A stretch of DNA of 62,789 nt from Mizuhopecten yessoensis (Eukaryota): NCBI RefSeq assembly GCF_002113885.1, contig NW_018408759.1:230707-293495 (forward strand), given 5' to 3'. Within the stretch, counting starts at the first letter, position 1, and each line of letters opens with the position of its first letter. Below, one piece after another: positions 28,001-43,000 of this stretch. The notes below the pieces were generated by a model. The model was not told the DNA's origin and did not search any database. It was given only the letters and a program-made list of their open reading frames with translations. The position numbers and the translations under genes are program-made.

Positions 28001-31000
28001 TAGAACAACAGACCCACCGGATACATAGAACAACAGACCCTCCTGTTACATAGAACAACAGACCCACCGGATACATAGAACAACAGACCCACCGGATACA
28101 TAGAACAACAGACCCACCTGATACATAGAACAACAGACCGTCCTGTTACATAGAACAACATACCCACCTGATACACAGAACAACATACCCACCTGATACA
28201 CAGAACAACAGACCCACCTGATACATAGAACAACAGACTGTCCTGTTACATAGAACAACAGACCCACCTGATACGTAGAACAACATACCAACCTGTTACA
28301 TAAATCAGCAGACCCACCTGTTACATAGAACAACATACCCACCTGATACATAGAACAACAGACCCACCTGTTACATAGAACAACAGACCCACATGTTACA
28401 TAGACCAACAGACCCACCTGATACATAGAACAAAAGACCCACCTGATACGTAGAACAACATACCAACCTGTTACATAAATCAGCAGACCCACCTGTTACA
28501 TAGATCAACATACCCACCTGATACATAGAACAACAGACCCACCCGATACACAGAACAACAGACCCACCTGTTACATAGACCAACAGACCCACCTGATACA
28601 TAGAACAACATACCCTCCTGTTACATAGAACAACAGACCCACCCGATACATAGAACAACAGACTCACCTGATACATAGAACAACAGACCCACCAGTTACA
28701 TAGAACAACAGACCCACCTGATAATAGAACAACAGACCCACCTGTTACATTGAACAACAGACCCACCTGTTACATAGACCAACAGACCCACCTGATACAT
28801 AGAACAAAAGACCCACCTGATACGTAGAACAACATACCAACCTGTTACATAAATCAGCAGACCCACCTGTTACATAGAACAACAGAACCACCTGTTACAT
28901 AGAACAACAGACACACCTGTTACATAGAACAAAAGACCCACCTGTTACATAGAACAACAGACACACCTGTTACATAGAACAAAAGACCCACCTGATACGT
29001 AGAACAACATACCAACCTGTTACATAAATCAGCAGACCCACCTGTTACATAGAACAACAGACCCTCCTGATACATAGAACAACATACCCACCTGATACTC
29101 AGAACAACATACCCACCTGATACACAGAACAACAGCCCCACCTGATACATAGAACAACAGACTCACCTGCTACATAGAACAACAGACCCACCCGATACAT
29201 AGAACAAAAGACCCACCCGATACATAGAACAACAGACCCACCTGATACGTAGAACAACATGCCCACCTGTTACATAAATCAGCACACCCACCTGTTACAT
29301 AGAACAACATACCCACCTGATACACATAACAACATACCCACCTGATACACAGAACACCAGACCCACCTGTTACATAGAACAACATGCCCACCTGATAATA
29401 GAACAACAGACCCACCTGTTACATTGAACAACAGACCCACCTGTTACATAGACCCACCTGATACATAGAACAACAGACTCACCTGCTACATAGAACAACA
29501 GACCCACCCGATAGATAGAACAACAGACCCACCTGATACATAGAACAACAGATCCACCTGTTACATAGAACAACAGACCCTCCTGATACATAGAACAACA
29601 TACCCACCTGATACTCAGAACAACATACCCACCTGATACACAGAACAACAGACCCACCTGTTACATAGACCCACCTGATACATAGAACAACAGATCCACC
29701 TGTTACACAGAACAACAGACCCACCTGATACATAGAATAGAACAACAGACCGTCCTGTTACATAGAACAACATACCCCCCTGATACACAGAACAACATAC
29801 CCACCTGATATACAGAACAACATACCCACCTGATACACAGAACAACAGCCCCACCTGATACATAGAACAACAGACCCACCTGATAATAGAACAACAGACC
29901 CACCTGTTACATAGACCCACCTGATACATAGAACAACAGATCCACCTGTTACATAGAACAACAGACCCTCCTGATACATAGAACAACATACCCACCTGAT
30001 ACTCAGAACAACATACCCACCTGATACACAGAACAACAGCCCCACCTGATACATAGAACAACAGACTGTCCTGTTACATAGAACAAAAGACCCACCTGAT
30101 ACGTAGAACAACATGCCCACCTGTTACATAAATCAGCACACCCACCTGTTACATAGAACAACAGACACACCTGTTACATAGAACAAAAGACCCACCTGAT
30201 ACGTAGAACAACATGCCCACCTGTTACATAAATCAGCACACCCACCTGTTACATAGAACAACATACCCACCTGATACACATAACAACATACCCACCTGAT
30301 ACACAGAACAACAGCCCCACCTGATACATAGAACAACATACCCTCCTGTTACATAGAACAACAGACCCACCCGTTACACAGAACAACAGACCCACCTGTT
30401 ACATTGAACAACAGACCCACCTGTTACATAGACCAACAGACCCACCTGATACATAGAACAACAGATCCACCTGTTACATAGAACAACAGACCCACATGTT
30501 ACATAGACCAACAGACCCACCTGATACATAGAACAACATACCCCCCTGTTACATAGAACAACAGACCCACCCGATACATAGAACAAAAGACCCACCCGAT
30601 ACATAGAACAACAGACCCACCCGATACATAGAACAACAGACCCACCTGATACACAGAACAACAGACCCACCTGATACATAGAACAACTAGAACAACAGAC
30701 CCACCTGATACGTAGAACAACATACCAACCTGTTACATAAATCAACAGACCCACCTGTTACATAGAACAACAGACCCACCTGTTGATTTACGGTTTTGGC
30801 AATACGTATTCAATGCTGATATAATCAGTTGATCTCAGTTAATCAAAAGGCAACAATTTTTTTGCCTCTGCTAGCTGCAGGTCATAAATCATTGTTACAG
30901 GCGTAGCAGTCTTCAAATATTGTTTTAATATTGCAACACTATAGTATTCATTCTGTATTCTTGAAAACTTACGAAGAATAATTACTAAGACAGCTCTCAC

Positions 31001-34000
31001 CTCAGCAAACTAGAAGTGTTATACTGGTTATCTTGGATACATGATTCTTATAAAGAATCCTTTTAACACATTTGACCCATGACCTTGAATGTTGGTCCAG
31101 ATATTTTTTTCCTGACATTTGGTAGCACTCTACCCCAACAAATTACATACCAGATACCATTAATCTACCAGCCTCATTGTTCATCAGAAGGAGCTGTTTC
31201 AAGACTTTTGCACATTCGACCCCCTTGAACCTGATTATTGATCAAGGTCATTCATCTGAATGATTTGATAGCCCTATCAGGTCAGCTGAAGTTGAAATAT
31301 CATCACATCATGTTTCATGAATTCATAAAAGGAAGTGATTTGAAGTTTTTAACACATCTGACCCATGCATTCCCATGAAACCCAAAAGTCAATGTCATTT
31401 ATTCAGAAAAGATTGACAGCTAGTGTTTCAGTCTAGCCAATCAATAAACATGCTATGATTATTAACCTAGGCCTTTTTTTCTTATGAAGAATATATTTGG
31501 AAAAAGATAAAGACAGAACTAACGACTAATGGGTGAACGAAACATAATGGTGTATGCTGATAAGCACTTCAAGACAGGTGGGCTAAAAGATTCTTAAACT
31601 TAAACTTATATCAACTGTAGCAGTAAATGATTTGTTCGTGTGTAATTGTAGTACACTTACTGTATATAACAGTGAACTTGTTCGTGTGTTATTGTAGTAC
31701 ACTTACTGTATATAACAGTGAACTTGATTGTGTGTAATTGTAGTTCACTTACTGTATATAACAGTGAACTTGTTTGTGTGTACTTGTAGTACACTTACTG
31801 TATATAACAGTGAACTTGTTCCTGTGAAGTTCTATCAACTGTAGCAGTAAATGATTTGTTCGTGTGTAATTGTAGTACACTTACTGTATATAACAGTGAA
31901 CTTGTTCCTGTGAAGTTCTATCAACTGAAGCAGTAAATGATTTGTTCGTGTGTAATTGTAGTACACTTTACTGTATATAACAGTGAACTTGTTCCTGTGT
32001 AATTGTAGTACAATTTGATCTGGTGAAGTTATATCAACTGTAGCAGTAAATGATTTGTTCGTGTGTAATTGTAGTACACTTTACTGTATATAAAAGTGAA
32101 CTTGTTTGTGTGTAATTGTACTACACTTGCTGTACATATAACAGTGAACTTGTTTGTGTGTAATTGTACTACACTTACTGTATATAACAGTGAACTTGAT
32201 TGTGTGTAATTGTAGTTCACTTACTGTATATAACAGTGAACTTGTTTGTGTGTACTTGTAGTACACTTACTGTATATAACAGTGAACTTGTTCCTGTGTA
32301 ATTGTAGTACAATTTGATCTGGTGAAGTTATATCAACTGTAGCAGTAAATGATTTGTTCGTGTGTAATTGTAGTACACTTTACTGTATATAAAAGTGAAC
32401 TTGTTTGTGTGTAATTGTACTACACTTACTGTTCATTTAACAGTGAACTTGTTCCTGTGAAGTTAAATCTACTGTAGCAGTAAATGATTTGTGCCTGTGA
32501 AGAGTTGGGCCTGTGAAGATTTTGGCCTGTGAAGATTGAAGATTTGGGCCTGTGAAGATTGAAGATTTGGGCCTGTGAAGATTGAAGATTTGGGCCTGTG
32601 AAGATTTGGGTCTGTGAAGATTGAAGATTTGGGCCTTTGAAGATTTGGGCCTGTGAAGTTCTATCTACTGTAGCAGTAAATGATTATGATTTGTGCCTGT
32701 GAAGATGTGTGCCGTGAAGATTTGTGCCTATGAAGTTTTGTGTCTGTGAAGTTCTATCTACTGTAGCAGTAAATGATAATGATTTGTGCCTGTGAAGATT
32801 TGTGCCTGTGCAGATTTGTGCCTATGAAGTTTTGTGCCTGTGAACATTTGAGCCTGTGAAGACTTGTGCCTATGGAGATTTGGGCCTGTGAAGACATGTG
32901 CCTGTGAAGATTTGGGCTTGTGAAGATTTGGGCCTGTGAAGATTTGGGCCTGAGAAGTCACAGTATATCTACAGCAGTGGGGAAGGCAGTAGTTGAGCTA
33001 CCTACCAGGTCAATGATAAGAGATATGGTGTCCTGTGACAAAGGAAGCATGTTGTAGATCCTCTCCGTACATGTGGTCTCCTTAGTGATCTCTGAAACAC
33101 ATAACCTCCTATCTGTTATGACGTATATTTATTATTCAATAGCATTTAAATCATAACAGTAGGAGTGGTCTCAGATAGACCAGACAGTTCTCTAAGTTCA
33201 TGTGAAACTTGTAAGTAAAATAAATAAACTGAATGAAGGAAAATATTGGAATGCTTGATAATGTTGGCAAAATATGCATAAATGTACACTACCACTCTGT
33301 TGATATGAAGGTAAATGCACAATCTTTATGTGTGTCATATGCATTTTGATGGCTAGAACAGTGTGCACACTGTCACCTACATGAGACAATTAAGGACCAG
33401 TAAAATGTATATATGCAAAAGTGCTAAACATGTATGAGTAGGCAATAACATTACCATTAATTCAGCAATGCTATAGTTGTTATACATGTATGAAATGATG
33501 ATCATCTGACAAAAAACATCAGTTACACATTGTTTAATACCTGGTAATAGATGTGTGAGAGTATAGGATCCCCTCATCTCGATTCCTAACTGGCCTGCTG
33601 TCACAAAACAATAGGACAAAATGCAAGTGCAAAATCACATCACAGAGGCACCAAAAACATGTGTATATCAAGAATGGGCACCCAGAAATGTACAAAAATG
33701 GTTTCAAAGTAAATAAAGTTCAAGAAAAGGAGAAAAACAAAATGAATGGTCAGCTGGACATCCATTACATTAAGGACTTTTTGAAAACATTCAGGGGATA
33801 AAGTGTGGCCATGGCATCACTACAGGCATGTAGCACCACAAGACACTTTGTAATATCCATTTACAGCCTAAGTATAATGCCCTTAAAGAAAATATTGCAG
33901 AATACATGTACACTATCAGATGCAGGAACTGTGACACATCATATATAAGATAAACTGGAAGGTGATTTGGGGTTTGACCTAGTAAACACTGGAAAGATAC

Positions 34001-37000
34001 AGAAACCAAATAAGGAAACAAATTTAACCAATGAGATCAAGTCCCAGATCAAAAAAGTCTGCAATCACAAATCATGCCAAATTACATTATCAACTGAGAT
34101 AACTCTGCCACAGGCCTGTTCTGAATTGCTCATAGACTCTTGCACATCTATGACCAGGTATTAAAGTAGCCAAATTGATTTGCCAATTTAATCTTCATTT
34201 CGTATGCATAATAACTGAGTGTACATAAGCACATAGCATAGCAAAGTCAACAGTGATTTTATTGCCAACTCATACATGTTTTACACCATTGTGTGTTATG
34301 CTTTATCTCCCATTTGTCTGATGAAGGTAACAGAGTAAATAGTGTACACAACACAAAAACATTTCACTGGTTGTGCTATATGCATCTATGCACAACATGC
34401 CCAGGATCATGAACTGAAGGTGTTTCACTGAAGCACAGGTAAAGTTTCCTTGAAAACTGTTGATAATGGTCAAAATAAAACAATATACAGTGGAGCTAGT
34501 CACATTAAGAGAATTAAATTACATAGATCATATAGTTAGAAAAACACAGTGTTTCAAGAAAACTTAATATTCAGCAAAAAATGATAATAAAAGATGTTAT
34601 GATAAGTGAAATGCATCATGTTTTACAATTAATCCTCTGAAAATATCGTAAAGGAATATCATTATATTTACCGTTACTACTCAGGCCTAACAGTAGGGTT
34701 TAAAATATCAACCAACACAAACAATACTATTAGAACTATGTAGGATTAAACCGTATCAAGAATCATCACCTAGTGGACACACCTTTAGGGCTAACTTACC
34801 ACTAACAGCCCTAAGAGCATCATATGTAGGTACAAGTAGTTCATCCCTGTTCCAGTGAGGGTACACCACATATGGGTCTGCCAGGGTGGAGCCTTTGGCC
34901 TGGAAGTGGAACCCCAGACACTTTAGCAGGTCAAGGCCACCAATACTGGCTGTCAGGTGCTCCGACAGGTTTGTGGTCTGTTGGTTGAGTTCCTCTGTGT
35001 GAAGCCTCTTCAGAGAACTGTCCAACTAGAGACAAGATAAAACTTTCTCATTTATCATTACGTCCTGACTGCATCATACACTTACTCTTACTTTATAGCT
35101 GTTGTAACAAATATTAATGAATAACTAAACACAGAAAAAGCCTCCCTCCACCCATGGAGTCAGATGATTATTATCAAATGACATGATTGGTCAATATGAT
35201 AAAACAATTTCCTAAGATTGTCTCATGACATATACAACAATTCTAAAGAAGGTCAGCATTTCACTAAATCAAATGATGAAACCCTATTGTGAATAACCTT
35301 TTGATCACTAATATTTTCTGAAAATAAAACCATTATATGGATTCCAATATATAAGATTTGTGTCGAAAGATAAACTAGTACAGCCTTACCAGGTCTATGA
35401 GCTCTGGGACTACTTGTGGCTGTTTGGAGTGATGGTACAACACAGTTCCCAAAAGGGACTGCAGAGTCAGCAGGTGCTCCTCCCTCACAGGAACTGTAAA
35501 CAACATAAACATATACTGACACTGTAAACAACAGGATAATGACACAGTAAACAACATAAACATATACTGACACTGTAAACAACAGAATAATGACACTGTA
35601 AACAACATAAACATATACTGACACTGTAAACAACAGGCTAATGACACTGTAAACAACATAAACATATACTGATACTGTAAACAACAGGATAATGACACTG
35701 TAAACAACATAAACATATACTGATACTGTAAACAACAGGATAATGACACTGTAAACAACATAAACATATACTGATACTGTAAACAACAGGATAATGACAC
35801 TGTAAACAACATAAACATATACTGATACTGTAAACAACAGGATAATGACACTGTAAACAACATAAACATATACTGATACTGTAAACAACAGGATAATGAC
35901 ACTGTAAACAACATAAACATATACTGATACTGTAAACAACAGGATAATGACACTGTAAACAACATAAACATATACTGATACTGTAAACAACAGGATAATG
36001 ACACTGTAAACAACATAAACATATACTGATACTGTAAACAACAGGATAATGACACTGTAAACAACATAAACATATACTGATACTGTAAACAACAGGATAA
36101 TGACACTGTAAACAACATAAACATATACTGATACTGTAAACAACAGGATAATGACACTGTAAACAACATAAACATATACTGATACTGTAAACAACAGGAT
36201 AATGACACTGTAAACAACATAAACATATACTGATACTGTAAACAACAGGATAATGACACTGTAAACAACATAAACATATACTGATACTGTAAACAACAGG
36301 ATAATGACACTGTAAACAACATAAACATATACTGATACTGTAAACAACAGGATAATGACACTGTAAACAACATAAACATATACTGATACTGTAAACAACA
36401 GGATAATGACACTGTAAACAACATAAACATATACTGATACTGTAAACAACAGGATAATGACACTGTAAACAACATAAACATATACTGATACTGTAAACAA
36501 CAGGATAATGACACTGTAAACAACATAAACATATACTGATACTGTAAACAACAGGATAATGACACTGTAAACAACATAAACATATACTGATACTGTAAAC
36601 AACAGGATAATGACACTGTAAACAACATAAACATATACTGATACTGTAAACAACAGGATAATGACACTGTAAACAACATAAACATATACTGATACTGTAA
36701 ACAACAGGATAATGACACTGTAAACAACATAAACATATACTGATACTGTAAACAACAGGATAATGACACTGTAAACAACATAAACATATACTGATACTGT
36801 AAACAACAGGATAATGACACTGTAAACAACATAAACATATACTGATACTGTAAACAACAGGATAATGACACTGTAAACAACATAAACATATACTGATACT
36901 GTAAACAACAGGATAATGACACTGTAAACAACATAAACATATACTGATACTGTAAACAACAGGATAATGACACTGTAAACAACATAAACATATACTGATA

Positions 37001-40000
37001 CTGTAAACAACAGGATAATGACACTGTAAACAACATAAACATATACTGATACTGTAAACAACAGGATAATGACACTGTAAACAACATAAACATATACTGA
37101 TACTGTAAACAACAGGATAATGACACTGTAAACAACATAAACATATACTGATACTGTAAACAACAGGATAATGACACTGTAAACAACATAAACATATACT
37201 GATACTGTAAACAACAGGATAATGACACTGTAAACAACATAAACATATACTGATACTGTAAACAACAGGATAATGACACTGTAAACAACATAAACATATA
37301 CTGATACTGTAAACAACAGGATAATGACACTGTAAACAACATAAACATATACTGATACTGTAAACAACAGGATAATGACACTGTAAACAACATAAACATA
37401 TACTGATACTGTAAACAACAGGATAATGACACTGTAAACAACATAAACATATACTGATACTGTAAACAACAGGATAATGACACTGTAAACAACATAAACA
37501 TATACTGATACTGTAAACAACAGGATAATGACACTGTAAACAACATAAACATATACTGATACTGTAAACAACAGGATAATGACACTGTAAACAACATAAA
37601 CATATACTGATACTGTAAACAACAGGATAATGACACTGTAAACAACATAAACATATACTGATACTGTAAACAACAGGATAATGACACTGTAAACAACATA
37701 AACATATACTGATACTGTAAACAACAGGATAATGACACTGTAAACAACATAAACATATACTGATACTGTAAACAACAGGATAATGACACTGTAAACAACA
37801 TAAACATATACTGATACTGTAAACAACAGGATAATGACACTGTAAACAACATAAACATATACTGATACTGTAAACAACAGGATAATGACACTGTAAACAA
37901 CATAAACATATACTGATACTGTAAACAACAGGATAATGACACTGTAAACAACATAAACATATACTGATACTGTAAACAACAGGATAATGACACTGTAAAC
38001 AACATAAACATATACTGATACTGTAAACAACAGGATAATGACACTGTAAACAACATAAACATATACTGATACTGTAAACAACAGGATAATGACACTGTAA
38101 ACAACATAAACATATACTGATACTGTAAACAACAGGATAATGACACTGTAAACAACATAAACATATACTGATACTGTAAACAACAGGATAATGACACTGT
38201 AAACAACATAAACATATACTGATACTGTAAACAACAGGATAATGACACTGTAAACAACATAAACATATACTGATACTGTAAACAACAGGATAATGACACT
38301 GTAAACAACATAAACATATACTGATACTGTAAACAACAGGATAATGACACTGTAAACAACATAAACATATACTGATACTGTAAACAACAGGATAATGACA
38401 CTGTAAACAACATAAACATATACTGATACTGTAAACAACAGGATAATGACACTGTAAACAACATAAACATATACTGATACTGTAAACAACAGGATAATGA
38501 CACTGTAAACAACATAAACATATACTGATACTGTAAACAACAGGATAATGACACTGTAAACAACATAAACATATACTGATACTGTAAACAACAGGATAAT
38601 GACACTGTAAACAACATAAACATATACTGATACTGTAAACAACAGGATAATGACACTGTAAACAACATAAACATATACTGATACTGTAAACAACAGGATA
38701 ATGACACTGTAAACAACATAAACATATACTGATACTGTAAACAACAGGATAATGACACTGTAAACAACATAAACATATACTGATACTGTAAACAACAGGA
38801 TAATGACACTGTAAACAACATAAACATATACTGATACTGTAAACAACAGGATAATGACACTGTAAACAACATAAACATATACTGATACTGTAAACAACAG
38901 GATAATGACACTGTAAACAACATAAACATATACTGATACTGTAAACAACAGGATAATGACACTGTAAACAACATAAACATATACTGATACTGTAAACAAC
39001 AGGATAATGACACTGTAAACAACATAAACATATACTGATACTGTAAACAACAGGATAATGACACTGTAAACAACATAAACATATACTGATACTGTAAACA
39101 ACAGGATAATGACACTGTAAACAACATAAACATATACTGATACTGTAAACAACAGGATAATGACACTGTAAACAACATAAACATATACTGATACTGTAAA
39201 CAACAGGATAATGACACTGTAAACAACATAAACATATACTGATACTGTAAACAACAGGATAATGACACTGTAAACAACATAAACATATACTGATACTGTA
39301 AACAACAGGATAATGACACTGTAAACAACATAAACATATACTGATACTGTAAACAACAGGATAATGACACTGTAAACAACATAAACATATACTGATACTG
39401 TAAACAACAGGATAATGACACTGTAAACAACATAAACATATACTGATACTGTAAACAACATAAACATATATTGATACTGTAAACAACATAAACATATACT
39501 GATACTGTAAAAAACAGTATAGTGACACTGTAAACAACATAAACATATACTGACACTGTAAACAACAGGCTAATGACACTGTAAACAACATAAACATATA
39601 CTGAGACTGTAAACAACATAAACATATATTGATACTGTAAACAACATAAACATATACTAATACTGTAAACAACATAAACATATACTGACACTGTAAACAA
39701 CAGGATAATGACACTCTAAACAACATAAACATATACTGATACTGTAAACAACAGGCTAATGACACTGTAAACAACAAACATATACTGATACTGTAAACAA
39801 CAGGATAATGCCACTGTAAACAACATAAACATATACTGACACTGTAAACAACAGGCTAATGACACTGTAAACAACATAAATATATACTGATACTGTAAAC
39901 AACAGCATAATGACACTGTAAACAGCATAAACATACACTGATACTGTAAACAACATAAACATATATTGATACTGTAAACAACATAAACATATACTGATAC

Positions 40001-43000
40001 TGTAAACAACATAAACATATATTGATACTGTAATCAACATAAACATATACTGATACTGTAAAAAACAGTATAGTGACACTGTAAACAACATAAACATATA
40101 ATGACACTGTAAACAACATAACACCAATGGCATTTTACTATTAATACTTACATATACTGACACTGTAAACAACATAAACTTATACTGATAATGTAAACAA
40201 CAGGATAATGACAATGTAAACAACATAAACATATACTCATACTGTAAACAACAGGCTAATGACACTGTAAACAACATAAATATATACTGATACTGTAAAC
40301 AACAGCATAATGACACTGTAAACAGCATAAACATATACTCATACTGTAAACAACAGGCTAATGACACTGTAAACAACATAAATATATACTGATACTGTAA
40401 ACAACAGCATAATGACACTGTAAACAGCATAAACATACACTGATACTGTAAACAACATAAACATATACTGACACTGTAAACAACATAAACTTATACTGAT
40501 AATGTAAACAACAGGATAATGACACTGTAAACAACATAAACATATAATGACACTGTAAACAACATAACACCAATGGCATTTTACTATTAATACTTAATCC
40601 CCAATATTATATTTTGTGACTCATTGTTTTTGATCAGATTTATGCTGACAGCAGTAGAAACAGACTTGAGAAGGTACGCTATAAATACAACATATATATA
40701 GAAAGCAGTAAACTACAGACAGTTATTAACAGAATGTACACGTTGTTACACTTCACCTTTAGGCAGAGAAGACTTGGGGTTTAGCATTTCTTTTCCGGAC
40801 TCTTCCTCTACAGCTTTCTCCGTTCTATCGAGTGTCTGGTCCAGCTGGGAATGTCGGATCTCCTTCAAGTTGACCATCACATCCTTACCGACCAGTACAA
40901 ATGGACTCCAGAAGTATACCTCACTGAACCTTTACACAACACAAAGCAGAAAAAAATGATGGGAACCTGATACACAATACTACAAAGCAGGTACAATATT
41001 GTATACCAGAGGAGCTAAAAAACAGGTCTCAAAGTAGACACAATTCTATTTACTACAGAATGTGTACAGTCAACGTTGACAAATCAGGGGTATCAGGGGT
41101 TTGTTAACACTTTGAAACCAAAAACATTGATTTGTACTGTGAATAAATGATTTATTTGACCCTATCTAAATGCTCAGCTGAGAACCATTCTAAGGTTATA
41201 CATTATAGAGCGCATCAAACTGAAAGTTTGTGATATATACTAAATGCTGACCTGTTATCTTCCTTGACTGCCGTGAGAGCAGTGGAGATCGCTGTAGTTA
41301 AATAAGCCCCTGTCTGGAGCTTGGCATAGAAGTGGAAGTAGAACTTGTTCACTGCCTCGTTAGGTAAGGGCCAGGTATGCAGCAGTACACACTCCGCCCC
41401 TGTACAAGATCAAGAGTACTGTCAACACATGTGCATGTAGGATTAATACTGTGGCACAAACCTCACAAAGTACATACAATCTAAATACCCATTAATACTG
41501 TGGCACAAACCTCACAAAGTACATACAATCTAAATACCCATTAATACTGTGGCACAAACCTCACAAAGTACATACAATCTAAATACCCACTCTTTAGGAA
41601 AGGAGTTTATGTGACAGTAACGTACACATAGCATGTATAGCAGTAAACAGTTTATCACTTCATAACATATCTGTCAATCTAACAAGAATGTTTCGCAAGG
41701 GATTGTACAAAAGTTACATTATTTTTCCAAGAAAGGTTGTTACATATATACATGTAGCTTTACATGTGTAAGAAGGAAATGGAATAGGGCCATGCAGACT
41801 AGGATTATAACAGGTACACCGAACTTTAGACAGACCCTCTCACCAACAAAGCTAAATGGTCACCTCTCACCAACATGAACTAGTCCAGTTCTGCGTCACA
41901 TGTGATCAAGCAATGACATAGAAATAACAACTATTGATGAATCAATGCAATTACCAGCTGCCAGGAATGCGCTTGCCAGCTCATATCCAGGGTTGATGGT
42001 TTCTTGAAGTCTGTAGGGACTATAGCCTACATTTAGTGTAACCAGCTGGGCAGACAGCTTCAGGTCAAGGATGTCCTCTACAGTGACCAGGTAGGATGAC
42101 TCCTTAGGGGGTCCTTCCTCTAGCTGGACCGGGCTAGGGCTGAACACAAGCAATCCCTCCTTGTAACATCCGTATGTAGCTGAAAGTGTATCAATCAAAC
42201 CATGAAGGTATAGCAAGCTACCAGCCACTGTTTTTTATGAAAATGTTAACATTTAGACTATACATAATATATTGAAACAGGAGAATATTTACAGTCTTTT
42301 TTTTGTTATACATTAACCTCAATATGGGTACTGATCACTTCAAAACACAATAAAATGAAACAACAGTGGTTCTAATAACTAGACAAATGTACCTATGTGT
42401 AGGACAGTGGCCTTGGCTGCGTTCTGCAGAAACCGTGCCTTAGTCGCCTCACGACCCATGACAGCGTCTACATCTAGGTAGGAAGCAACAGTTTTACACT
42501 CACGACATGCCCAATCAAGGTCCAATAAGGAAGGCCGCCACTCACGTCCATGTAGCATTAACCTGTGAGAAAAAAGCTTATTAATAATAACTGACCTTGT
42601 GCTAAATTTTTGTGTGTACTTATTTGACACACAATTTATATGCAGTATTTTAAATTGGATCTGATTTGTTTGAAAAAAACTTAAAGCTTTTTTTTAAATA
42701 TTTCAATTTCTTAAACGTAAACAAATGCAACAATAAATAAGCAAATAATGAATGTAGCCATTTTTGTACTTTCAAATGTACATTGTTATAAAACTCTTTT
42801 AGGCTGCTGGAGTGCCACCTGACAATTGTGCAATGTTAGTTTACTCTGCCTGGAAGTCATACTACCCTAACTTACTTTTCAGGAAGCTGTAGCACCACCT
42901 TAACTTACTTTTTTGGGAGCTGTAGCACCATCTTAACTAACTTTTCTTGGAGCTGTAGCACCATCTTAACTTACTCTTCTGGGATCTGTAGCACCGCTTT

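Noticed and set aside
27859-30754. Numerous Cys/Val-rich ORFs
   Set aside because: Translations of the 25-bp minisatellite, which lies in intron 13.
35253-39777. Three ~1400-aa minus-strand ORFs
   Set aside because: They are translations of a stop-free 51-bp satellite in all three frames; only 35390-35493 is a real exon.
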